A DNA stretch of 64,000 bases, taken from assembly GCF_963921235.1 (NCBI RefSeq), contig NC_086108.1, positions 13,392,001 through 13,456,000 on the forward strand. The letters are read 5' to 3'. This document shows positions 1 to 12,400 of the stretch, piece by piece (the first letter of the stretch is position 1; every line of letters begins with the position of its first letter). Made by a program: the position numbers and the translations under genes. This stretch comes from Mobula hypostoma (taxonomy: Eukaryota). Under the pieces are notes generated by a model, which was given only the letters and a program-made list of their open reading frames with translations, ran no database searches and was not told where the DNA came from.

Positions 1-23
1 TGGGAGAGACTGTGCATACAACA

Positions 24-882
24 TGTGACGAGAATACACATAAAATTAAGATGTTTGCTGGCCTGGGTTAGCATCAGTGACATCAGCAAGTGGTTTGCCA
101 CCTGCCCTCAGGGGAAGGAGAGATAAGGAACAATGGAGCAGCGTCTGGAGATGAGTAATGAAGGGACGGGAGAGAGAGCTGTCTGGAGCGGCTCCCCCCT
201 TTGAACCTTGAACTGTTTGAAGTGATGGACAGGCGATACCCCAGCAGGGGGATAAAAAGGGACCGGTTCGCTAAGGCAACACACACACCACCCGAGGTAA
301 CGAGACCCTGGAAGCGGTACGCTTCTCACGAGTCGGTGGGAAGTATCAGACAACGGCCAGGGTGGAAAGGTACGATCAGCGGGAACCCGGTGTGTGTCCG
401 CCCTTGCCTGGGTGCCAGGTTCACTGCAGAGGATCGACCGCATCTGGAGGAGGGGTCACAGTCGGTGACCTCAGGTGACATCACCAAGGACCTGCCCAAA
501 AGCTGCTTGTGAGCCATATCGTCGGTCTGTGAGTGAAGCCGTGTCTGAATGATCAGTTGTTCCTGTTCTCTCTCTCTCTTCCCCCACGTTGTCCATCGCC
601 ATGGCAACGATTACTGCAAACTGAACTACTAAACTGGACTGAACTTTGAGTCACTTTGAAATTTGGTCATTTACCCCTAGACAACGATAGAGCTTGATTG
701 ATGCTGTTATCTTAATTCTGTGCACATGTGTGTTTGTAATCGTTGAACTGTTGCATTTATTATCCTTTCGATTACTGTGTTGCTTGTTTCTTTAATAAAA
801 CTTTCTTAGTTCTTGTACTCCAGACTCCAACTGAGTGATCCATTTCTGCTGGTTTGGCAACCCAGTTACGGGGTACGTAACA
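24..882 (+). mobile_element. Solo LTR (859 bp) inserted in the Tc1 transposase
   Basis: TGT...ACA termini, 4-bp TSD AACA (20-23, 883-886), AATAAA near 795, related to the LTR at 12414-13246. Confidence 0.88.
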
Positions 883-1883
883 AACAACTGTTGCCTGGGT
901 GCTTCACTAATGGCAGCTTTATGAGAGAGTGGCAAAGAGAGTCTCAGTTGAAAAAAAACACTCACATGAAATCTCAGCTAGAGTTTGCCAGAAGGCATAA
1001 GGGAGACTCTGAAGTTGGCTGGAAGAAGGTTCAATGGTCTGATGAAACAAAAATTGAGCTTTTTGGCCATCAGACCAAATGCTATGTTAGGCATAAGCCA
1101 AACACCACACATCATCAAAAACACACCATCCCTACCGTGAAACATGGTGGTGGCTGCATCATGCTGTGGGGATACTTCACTGCAGCAGGCCCTGGAAGGC
1201 CTGTGAAGGTAGAGGGTAAAATGAATACAACAAAATACAGGGAAATCCTGGAGGAAACCCTAATGCAGTCTGCAACATAATGGCGACTTGGGAGAAGATC
1301 TGTTTTCCAGCAAGACAATGACCCAAAGCCAAAGCTACACAGGAATGGCTTAAAAACAACAAAGTTAATGTCCTGGAGTGGCTAAGTCAGAGTCCAGACC
1401 TCAATCCAATTGAGAATTTGTGGCTGAGTTTGAAAGGGCTGTTCACTCACAATCCTCATGCAATCTGACAGAGCTTAAGCAGTTTTGTAAAGAACAAATT
1501 TTCTTGTATCCATCTCCTGACTTGTGCTTTTCAATAACTTTTTCACAGAGTTGTTTGGAGTGTTCTTTTGTCTCTACAAAGATTGTAGAGTCCAGATATG
1601 CAAAGCTGATAGAGACCTATCCACACAGATTCAGGGCTATAATTGCTGCCAAAGATGTATTTACTAAATAATGACTTGAAGGAGGTGAGTAATTATGCAG
1701 TCAATTATTTTGTATTTAATAATTGTAATAAATTTAGACCAGTTTGTAGAAATTGACTCACCAGCAATTGGACCTGTATTTTTACAACAGTCAAATGAAA
1801 CACCATGACTGCACACAGGTGATCGCCATTTAACTAATCATGTGACTTGTAAAACAAATTGGCTGCACCAGTGATGATTTGGT

Positions 1884-2117
1884 ACAGGGTTTTTTTTATA
1901 GAATATGACGAATAAACAGGAATAGGATACTAGGATGGTCAAAGATGGGAGGGTGAAGAGTAGGTTTGTATATATATATATATATATATAAGTGTGTGTG
2001 TGTGAGATTGGGTGAAGGGATTTAGAATGTATGTCCAGTGCACATTCTGGAGCAGAGGGTGGCGGTAATGCACCATTAAGCTGGATGCCAACCGCCGTAA
2101 AACAAGATACAGACAGA
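1884..2117 (+). mobile_element. 5'-truncated 3' UTR copy of the I/Nimb-type LINE found at 48368-51727
   Basis: Near-identical to 51512-51727; (GACA)n tail; 15-bp TSD cagtgatgatttggt (1869-1883, 2118-2132). Confidence 0.92.
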
Positions 2118-2374
2118 CAGTGATGATTTGGTGTGCCATATTAAAGGGGGTGAATACTTATGCAATCATTACTTTGTGCTTTATATTTGTAATTAATTTA
2201 GATCATTTTGTAGAGATCTGTTTTCACTTCAATATGAAAGTCTTTTCTGTTAATCAGTGTCAAAAAAGCCAAATTAAATCCACTGTGATTCAGTGTTGTA
2301 AAATGATAAAACACGAAAACTTCCAAGAGGAGTGAATACTCTTTATAGGCACTGTATATCACTTTAGATATTAT

Positions 2375-5300
2375 AGAGTGGGACACCCTACCATGGGGGA
2401 GCTGCGGTAACCAGATCTCTAGCACTGAGTCTGGTGCTGTGGCTCAGAAGACAGAAGATGTGAAGAGGACTGCAGTGGTGATAGGAGATTTCACAGAGGA
2501 ACAGGGATGTGAATCTGTGGGTGTGATAGGGAAACCCAGATGATATGTTGCCTCCCAGGCACCAGGTTCAGGGATATCTCAGATGGGGACCATGGCATTC
2601 AAAAGGGGGTAGGTGAGCAACCAAAAGTTTTGATAAATATTGGTACCAATGACATGAGTAGAAAAGGTGAAGGGGTCCTGAAGAGAGATGTTAGAGAACA
2701 AGGTAGAAATATGAAAAAGAGGACCTTCGAGGTAGTCATCTCTGGATTGCTGCCTGTGCCACGTGCCAGTGAGGAGAAGAATAAGATGACTTGGCAAGTG
2801 AATATATGGCTGAGGAACTGGTGCAGGGTGCAGGGGTTCAGATCTATGGATCATAAAGATCTTCTCTGAGGAAGGTATGATCTGTACGAAAGGGATGGGT
2901 CACCTGAACCCGAGCGGGACTGATATCCTTGTGGGCAGGTTGGCTACAGTTATTCGGGAGGGTTTAAACTAATTTGGCAGCGGGGTGGGAACCGGGGTGA
3001 TAATGCTGAGGATGTGTCAGCTGGTTTACAAACAGAGGCAATGTGTAGTGAGACTCCTGGCAAGAAGAGGCTGATGATAGGGCAAAATTGCAGTTAACAG
3101 GGTGAGTTGCAATGTAAAAGATGGACAAAAGGGTTAATACAGGGCTGAAGGTGCTATATTTGAAAGCATGCTAGATATGGAAAAAGGTAAGTGAACCTGT
3201 AGCACAGTTACAGATTGGCATGTATGACGTTGTAGGCATCACTGAATCATGGCTGAAAGACGATTATAGCTGGGAGTTTAAATCCAATGATACACATTGT
3301 ATCAAAAGGACAGGCAGGCAGGCTCTTTTGGTAGAAAATGAAATCAAATCATTAGAAAGAGTTGACATAGGGTCATAAGGTGTTGAATCATTGTGGGTAG
3401 ATCTTAGGAACTGCAAGGGTGAAAAGACCCTCATGCGAGGTATGGTAAGACCCCAAATATTAATAAAGATATGGTCTACAAATTACAATGGGAGATAGAA
3501 AATGCATGCTAAAAGGGCAATGTTACAATAGTCATGGGAGATTTCAGTCTGCAGGTAGATTGGCAAAATCAGATAGGTACTGGATTCCAAGAGAGAAATT
3601 TGTAGAATACCTACAAGATGGCTTTTTAGAGTAGCTTGTTGTTGAGCACACGAGGGGATCAGTTATTCTGGTCTGCATGTTGTGCAATGAACTGGAATTG
3701 ATTAGAAAGCATAAGGTAAAAGAACCCTTAGGGACAAGTGGTCATAATATGATTGAATTCACCCTGCAATTTGAGGAGAAGCTAAAGTCAGATGTATCAG
3801 TGTTACAGTGGAGTAGAGGGAATTACAGAGGCACGAGAGAGGAGCTGGCCAAAACTGATTGGAAAACAACACTGGCAGGGATAATGGCAGAGCAGTAATG
3901 GCTGGAATTTCTGGAAGCAATTCAGGACTCACAGAATATATACATCCCAAAAAGAAAGAAGTATTCTAAAGGAAAGATGACATAACCATGGCTGATAAGA
4001 GAAGTCAAAGCCAACATAAAAGCCGAAGAGAGGGCATATAATGGAGCACAAATTAGTGTGAAGTTAGAGAATTTAAAAGCTTTTTTAAAGACAACAGAGG
4101 GCAACTTAAAAAGTCATTAAGAAGAAAAAGATGGAATACAAAAGAAAGCTAGCCAATAGCATTAAAGAGGATACCAAAGCTTTCTTCAGATACATAAAGT
4201 GAAGAAGAGGTGAGAGTGGATATCAGACCACTGGAAAATGATGCTGTTGCAGTAGTAATGGGGCAAAAAGGAAATGGATGAATTGAATAAGTATTTTTCT
4301 TCAGACTTCACTGTGGAAGACACGAGCAGTATGCTGGAAATTCGAGAGTTTCAGGTGTCAGAAGTGTTTGATGTTGCCATTACTAGAGAGAATGTTCTTG
4401 GGGAAACTGAAAGGTCTGAAGGTAAATTCCTCATATGGACCAAATGGTGTACACCCCAGGGTTCTGAAAGAGTTGGTTGAAGAGATTGTGGAGGCATTAG
4501 TAATGATCTTTCAAGAATCACTAGATTCTGGCATGGTTCCAGAGACTGGATAATTGCAAATGTCACTCCACTCTTGGAGAGGGGAGAGAGGTAGAAGAAA
4601 GGAAACTATAGGCCAGTTAGTCTGACCTCAGTCATTGGGAAGATGTTGGAGTCGATTGTTAAGGATGTGGTTTCAGGGTACTTGGAGGTACAAGATAAAC
4701 AACAAATTTTGCCTAACAAATTTGTTGGGATTCTTTGAAGAAATGATGAGCAGGATAGACAAAGGAGAATTAATTGATGTTGTGAACCTGGATTCCTGGA
4801 TTTTCAGGCCTTTGACAAGGAGCCACACATGAGGATGCTTAACAAGTTAAGAGCCTATGGTATGTCAGGAAAATATACTAGCATGGATAAAGCAATAGCT
4901 GATTGGCAGGAGGCAAAGAGTGGGGATAAAGGGATCCTTTACTGTTTGGTTGATGCTGACAGTAGTGTTCCACAAAGGCAGATACTTTTTACATTATATG
5001 TCAATTACTTGCATGAAGGAATTGATGGCTTTGTGGCAAAGTTTGCAGATGATACAAAGATAGGTGGAGGGGCAGGTAGTTTTAATAAAGTAGTGAGGCT
5101 AGAGAAGGATATAGACAGATTAAGAGAATGGGCAAGAAAGTGGCAGATGGAATACAGGGTTGGGAAGAGATTGGTGGAAGAAATGAAAGCATAGACTATT
5201 TTCTAAATGGAGAGAAAATTCAAAGATCTGATATGCAAAGGGGCATGGGAGTCCCTGTGCATGATTCTCTAAAGGTTAACTTGCCAGTTGAATCTGTGGT

Positions 5301-6630
5301 GAGGAAGGCAAATGCAATATTAGCATTCATTTCAAGAGGACTAGAATATACCTTTGCCTGGTCAGGGAGAGCGAGGAGGTGATAGAGAGGAGCTACAGTC
5401 AAGTAGTCACACCAGGGCCTCAGGAGACAGATATGTGGGTAACAGTCAGGAGAGGGAAGGGCCAGAGTCAGATACCATATCACTGTGGCTGTCTCCCTTA
5501 ACAATAACTTCTCTTGTTTGCGTACTGTTGGGGGTGACAACCTACCTGGGGAAGCAACAGTGGCCACGCCTCTGGCGCAGTGTCTGGGCTTATGGCTCAG
5601 AAGGGTAGGGAAAGGAAGAGGAAGGCAGTAGTGATAGGGAACTCTACAGTTACGGGTCAGACAGGCGATTCTGTGGATGCAGGAAAGAAACACGGATGGT
5701 AGTTTCCCTCCCAGCTGCCAGGGTCTGGGATATTTCTGATCACGTCCATGATATCCTGAAGTGGGAAGGTGAACAGCCAGAGATTGTGATACATATTGGT
5801 ACCAACAACATAGGTAAGAAAAGGGAGGTCCTGAAAACAGACTATAGGGAGTTAGAAAGAAAGTTGAGAAGCAGGACCTCAAAGGTAGTAATCTGGGGAT
5901 TATTGCCTGTACCACGCGACAGTGAATATAGGAATAGAGTGAGGTAGAGGATAAAGTAAGTACATGTTTGGCACAGCAGTGTGGGCCAAAGGGCCTGTAT
6001 TGTGCTGTAGGTTTTCTATGCTTCTATAAAAGCAAGGATGCAATGTTAAGGCTTTATAAGGCATTAGTGAGGCCTGATTTGGAGTATTCTGAGCAGTTTT
6101 GGGCCCCTTATCTTACAAAGGATGTGCTGACATTGGAGAGAGTTCAAAGGAGGTTCATGAAAATATTTCCAAGATTGAACATTGTGTCATATGAAGAGCG
6201 TTTGATGGTTCTGGGCCAATACTGACTGGAATTCAGAAAAATAACAGGTGATCTCATTGAAACCTATTGAACGTTGAAGGACCTCGATACAGTGGATGTG
6301 GAACGGACGTTTCCTATTTTGGGGAGTTTAAGGCTTGAGGACACTGCCCCAGAATAGAGGAGTGTCTTTTTAGAATGTAGATGAGAAATTTCTGTAGCCA
6401 AAGACTGGTGAATCTGTGGAATTCATTGCCACAGGTGACTGAGGAGGCCAAGTCATTGAGTATATTTAAGGCAGGGTTTGATAGATTCTTGATTCGTCAG
6501 GACATGTAGGGATACTGGGACATAGGGATACAGGAGATTGGGGCTGAGAAGGAAGATGGATCAGCCATGATGAAACAATAGAACAGAGTCAATGGGTCAA
6601 ATGACCTAATTCTGCTCCCGTATCTTATGG
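2375..6630 (+). mobile_element. Degenerate CR1 LINE (SGNH-like ORF1 remnant, endonuclease/RT ORF2, 3' UTR) with a nested CR1-derived insert at about 5351-6025
   Basis: ORF1 motifs CCLPG and IGTND; ORF2 motifs GITESW, NYRPVSL, KFADDTKIGG, QFWAPYL; many stops. Confidence 0.88.
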
Positions 6631-9040
6631 TCCAATGGTATGTTACCTCCCAGGCCAAAAGTTCTCGGATGAAGTCCTCAGCACTCTTTTGGCGGGAGTG
6701 TGAGCAGCGAGAGGCCGTGGTCCATGTAGGTACCAATGGCATAGTTAGGAAGAGTGACAATGTTCTGCAAAGTGAGGTCAAGGAGTTAGGTGCTAAGTTA
6801 AAGGCCAGGACCTGCAAGGTTGTGATCTCAGGAGTGCTACTTGTCCCACATGCTTGTGAGGCCAGAAATAGTTCAACACATAACTAAAGAATTGGAGCAG
6901 GTGGTAGGGCATCAGATTTTGGATCATAGGGCTCTCTTCCATGGAATGCGGGACAGGAGAGAAAGTTTGTACTTGAACAGGAGAGGACAAATATCCTTGC
7001 CAAAAGGTTTGCTGGTGCTGCATGGGGTGGGGGGGGGTGTGGTGGGGGTAGGTTTAAACTAGAGTTGCAGGGGTATGGGAACCAGAGTGTTAGAATAGAA
7101 AGTAGAGGGGTAGTGGAGACAAAAGTTAAGACCTCCGACAAAGTCAGGAATCAAAAGTTTAAGCATGGTGGGACTAATGTTCTGAGCTGCGTATACTTCA
7201 AGGCGGGAAGTATTATAGGGAAGGCAGATCAGCTTAGAGCATGGATCAACACATGGAATTGTAACTATTACTGAAACTTGGTTACAGGAAGGGCAGGACT
7301 GGCAGCTCAATATCCCAGGGTTCTGTTGTTTTAAATGACAACAAGACAGAATGGGAGGGATGAAAAGGAGGAGGGGTGATGTTATTAGTCAAGGAAAATA
7401 TCCCGAGGGTGCTCATCCAGGACAGACTGGTGAACTCGTCCAGTGAGGCGTAAGAAAGGTATGACCATGGAGTTATACTACAGCCCACCTAGGGTCCTAG
7501 GGATTTTGAGGAACAAATTTGTAAAGAGGTCGCAGACTTTTGCAAGAAACGAAGGTTGTTATAGTAGGTGGTTTTGAATTTCCATATGTTGTCTGGGACT
7601 CCCATACTGTCAATGGACTAGATAGGACAGAATTTGTCAAATGTGCTCAGGAAAGTTTCCTTAATCAGTATATAGAAGTCCCAATGACGGTGTGCAGTAC
7701 TCGATTTCCTATTAGGGAATGAGACAAGGCAGATGAAGGAAGTTTATGTGGGGAAACACATTGTATCTAGTGATCATAATGACATTAGTTTTAAGGTAAA
7801 CATGGAAAAGGATAGGTCTGTTTCACTGGTTGAGATTCTAAATTGGAGAAAGGCCAATTTGATGGTATCAGAAATGATCTGGCAAGTGTGGATTGGGAAA
7901 GCTATTTTCTGACAAAGGTGCACTTGGTAAGTGGGAGGCCTTCGAAAATGAAATTTTAAGAGTACAAAGCTTGTATGTGCCTGTCAGAATAAAGGGAAGA
8001 AGAAATAATCAGGCAGATTATTATTCAGATGGGGAGAAAACTCAAAAATCGGAAGTGCAAAGGGACTTGGGGGTCCTTGTGCAGGATACCCTAAAGGTTA
8101 ACCACCAGGTTGGATCGCCAGTAAGGAAAGCAAATGCTATGTTGGCATTCATTTCAAGAGAAATAATGTATAAGAGTAAGGAGCTGTTGATGAGGCTCTA
8201 TAGAGCACTGGTGAGACCTCATTTGGAATACTGTGTGCAGTTTTGGGCCCCCTATCTTAGAAGGGATATTCAGATGTTGGATCGAGTTCGGAGAAGATTT
8301 ACGAGGATGATTCTTGGAATGTAGGGGCTAACATATGAGGAGCGTTTGTCGGCTCTTGGATTGTATTCATTAGAGTATAGAAGAATAAGAGGGGATCTCA
8401 TAGAAACATTTCGAATGTTGAAAGGGTTGGACAGAGTAGATGTGGAAAGGCTGTTTCCCTTGGTGGGTGAGTCCAGGACAAGAGGTCACAGTCTTAGAAT
8501 TAGAGGGTACCCATTTAAAACAGAGATGAGGAGAATTTTTTTAGCCAGAGGATTGTGGATTTATGGAATTCATTGCCATATACAGCTGTGGAGGCACGAT
8601 CATTGAGAGTGTTTAAGGAGGAGATTGATAGGTATCTAATTAGTCAGGGTATGAAGGGATATGGGGAAAAAGCCAGAAATTGGAACTAGATGGGAGAATA
8701 GTTTCGCTCATGGTGGAGTGGCAGAGCAGACTCGATGGGCCGAATGGCCTACTTCTGCTCCTTTGTCTTGTGATTTTGTGAAAAATAACAGGCATAGGAA
8801 ACAAGCAACACACATAAAAGTTGCTGGTGAATGCAGCAGGCCAGGCAGTATCTCCAGGAAGAGGTACAGTCGATGTTTCAGGCCGACACCCTTCGTCAGG
8901 ACTAACTGAAAGAAGAGCTAGTAAGAGATTTGAAAGCGGGAGCCTTGCTTTTCAAGAGGTATTGAGGTCCTGGTTAAGAAGAAAAGGAGGTGCATGGCAG
9001 GTAGGGACAGATGAGGTGCTTATGGAGTATAAGAAGTGCA
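6631..9040 (+). mobile_element. Nested CR1 fragments: older ORF1/endonuclease piece hosting a younger CR1 3' part (about 7997-8775) and a Penelope fragment
   Basis: HVGTN ORF1 motif, endonuclease remnants, then LVRPHLEYCVQFWAPYL...RTRGHSLRI; the host sequence resumes at about 8777 and 8940. Confidence 0.8.
8801..8939 (-). mobile_element. Penelope-like element terminal fragment with a minimal hammerhead motif (8868-8903)
   Basis: Similar to the terminus of the Penelope at 32593; minus strand reads AGTC CTGACGA AGGG..CCT GAAAC ATC GACT. Confidence 0.75.
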
Positions 9041-9429
9041 AGTTTGGGGGAGGCGAGAGAGAAATACAAGGTGATAGGCTTCACCTATCAAGTACTGCAC
9101 ACTCTTTCACTGGGACTTCTATGTACTGATTAAGGAAAGTTTTCTGAACACAATTGACAAACTCTATCCTATCTAGTCCTTTTACAGTTTGGGAGTCCCA
9201 ATCCATACACAGAATGTTGGAATTGGCTACTATAACACGCTTATGTTTCCTGCAACAGTCTGCGATCGTTCTGCAAATTTGTTCCTCTGCATCCCTTCAT
9301 ACTGTTGGGTGGTTTGTAGTGTAGCCCCATTAACATGGCTATACATTTCTTATTTCTCAGTTCCACCCATAACGCCTCACTAAATTAGTTCTCCAGTCTG
9401 TCCTGGCTGAGTTATCCTGTGACATTTGC

Positions 9430-12400
9430 TTGGACACGGAGGATGTGAGTGAGGTTCTAAATGAGTACTTCACATCAGTATTTACCTAGGAGAAGGGAGT
9501 AGAGGATAGGGAGATCAGTGCCAAGTGTGAAGACCTTAAGTTCATTAAACGTTAAGCGTTAACAGTGAGAGGCAAGACCCTTAACAATGATGATGAGCAG
9601 AAGGATCTTTGGGTCCAGGTTCACAGCTTGCTGAAAGTGGCTACGCAGAGTTGATAGGGTGCTTAAGAAGGCAGATGACATGCTTGCCTTTGTTAGTCAA
9701 GGCAATGAGTTCAAAAGTCAAGAGGTTATGTTGTAGCTTTATAAAACTCTAGTTAGACTATGTGGAGTATTGCATACAGTTCTGGTCCCCTCATTACAGG
9801 AAGGATGTTGAGGCTTTGGAGAGGGTGCAGAAGAGGTTTACCAGGATGCTGCCTGGTTTAGAGGGCGCGTGCTATAACAAGACATTAGACAAACTCGGGC
9901 TGTTTTCTCTGGAGCGGCAGAGTCCGAGGTGAAATCCGTTACAGGTTTATAAGATTATGAGAGGTATACATAGAAAAGGCGGGTAGGATCTTTTTTCCCA
10001 GCATCGAAATCTCTAGTACCAGAGGGCATGCATTTAAGGTGAGATGGGCTAAGTTCAAAGGAGATGTGAGGGGCAAGTTTGTTTTTACACAGTGGTGTTT
10101 GCCTGGAATCCACTGCCTGGGGTGGTGGTAGAGGCGGATTAGGGATTTTTATAAGATGTTTAGATAGGCACATGAATATGAGGGGAATGGAAGGACAGGA
10201 ACATTTTATAGACAGGAGGGATGAGTTTAGTTGGCCATTTGATTTTTAATTTATTTGGTGAGTACAACATTCTGATCTGAAAGGCCAGTTCCTGTGCTGT
10301 TCTGCTTCCATGTTCTATACAAGGATAGGATTAGTCTTTAAGTTCAGGTGTTGAATTAAGAGAAGGCTAAGCTTGGCAGTGTAAGAGAAAACCTGGTGAC
10401 AGCTGATGCTTGTGGGTAAAACAATGTCTGACAGGTGGGAGTCTTTTTACAAAGTATTAATATAAGCTCATGGACGTCCAGCATCTGCAGATTTTCTCTT
10501 GTTTATGGATAGAATGTACAGCTAAGGGGAAAGGCAAAGATAGCAAGATTAAGGAACCTTGGATGACAAAGGTTACTAAAGGTAATCTGTTACTACAGCT
10601 AGGGGATGTTGATGGTGATTTAAGTGAATACCTCACCAAAGAGAGGGTCACAACAAAGATTAGTACACCTGAGGAACAAGCCCATTGGCCCACCATCTTG
10701 TGCCAAACTAATTCAACTGTAAATTAAATGCTTTCAGCAAACAAATCCTTTTTGCCTACCCTACATCCAAACCTCTCCATTGTCTGCATACTTGTGTGCC
10801 TATCCTCTTAAATACGTAGAGTCATAGAGCACTACAGCAGAGAAATGGGCCCCTCAGCCCATCTTGTTGGTGTCCAGTCCTATCAACCCGCACCTGGACT
10901 GTAACCCTCCTCACTCCTTCCATCCACGTACGTATCCAAACTGTTCTTAAATGTTGCAATCAAACCCGTGTCTGCCACTTGCGTTGGCAGCTCATTCTGA
11001 GTGAAAAAGTTCCTCCTCATGTTCCCCTTAGACATTTTCCCTTTTACCCTTAAACTGTGATTCTAGTTGTAGTCTCACTCAGCTTTAGTGGAAAGAGTCT
11101 GCTTGCATGTGCCCTGTCTATATGCCTTATAATTGTGTATCCCTCTATCAAATCTCCCCTCATTCTCCTATGCTGCCGGAATTAAGTCTTAACATATTCA
11201 ACCTTTCCCTTTAGCTCAGGTCCTCAAGTCTAGGCAACATCCTTGTAAATTTTCTCTGTACTCATTTAATCCTATTGCACAAAATACTCCAAGTTTAGCC
11301 TTGCAACGTCGTATAAAGTTTCAAGAGAACATCCTCGTTATCAGGTCTGCCTCCACCTCCACCCCAGCAGTGTGCTCCAGGCACACACACCACTCTGTGT
11401 ATCCATGCATCTCCTTTGAACTTGCACCCTCTCACCTTACATGCATGACGTCTACTATCAGATATTTCCACCCAGGGAAAAAGATGCCGCTGTCTATTCT
11501 ATCTCTGCCTCTCAGAATCTTACAAGCTTTTCTCAGGTCTCCCCTCAGCCCTCGCCAGTCCATGGAAAAAAAAGCCAAGTGCTCCGACTTCTCTTTATAC
11601 CACATGCCCTCCAATCCATGCAGTATCCTGATAAAATTCTTCTACACCCTCTCCAAAGACTTCATCTTTCCAATAATGTGGCAACAAGAACTGAGTTCAA
11701 TACTCTAGATAAACCCAAACCAGATATTTATGAAGATGCAAGCTAACTTTCTATCCATTGAACTCAAATGTTTCAACAAATAAAGGCAAACATGCCATAA
11801 GCCTTCATTAACACCAGTTCATACATATGTAAATACATGTACTGCATGTATATCACAGACAGCAAAGATCCCAAATTCCAGTGCTGATTAACACCAGCTA
11901 CGGACTTCCATCCAGGGTAACCACTAACACTACCCTCTGTGGACAAGCCAGTTCTGATTTTAAATGGCCAAGCCGCCAGGGATTCCATGCATCCTAATAT
12001 TCTGGATGGCCCTCCCAATAAGGATCTTGTCAAATGCCAACAGTCATGGAAGTGTGTGTCTCAGAACATGTTTAAGAATAATCTGAAGCTTAACTGTATT
12101 AAGAAGGAGGGGCTATTAGGCATCATAGAGCACATGATGGGTGATAAGTCCCCAGGGCCATATGAGATACATGCAAGTCCCTGTGGGATGCAAAGGAGGG
12201 GATTACTCAGAGATTTTGCATCTTCCTTGGCCACAGGTGAAATGCCAGAAGACTAGAGAGCAGCTGGTGTTGTTCTTTTGTTTAAAAGGGTCAGCAGGGG
12301 TAAGACAATAACCACAGGCTGGTTAAAGTTATATCACACAATTACTGGATTACACCTAGTATTATTTATGTACATTTGGGAAAACGGGATGTTCAGCATA

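Larger units (their letters stand above)
1..2354 (+). mobile_element. Degenerate Tc1/mariner (DD34E-type) DNA transposon, cut by the window start and interrupted by an LTR and a LINE fragment
   Basis: Transposase motifs [30 protein letters not shown] and [11 protein letters not shown] at about 890-1670, with stops and frameshifts. Terminus ...ggcactg followed by TA at 2354-2356. Confidence 0.9.
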
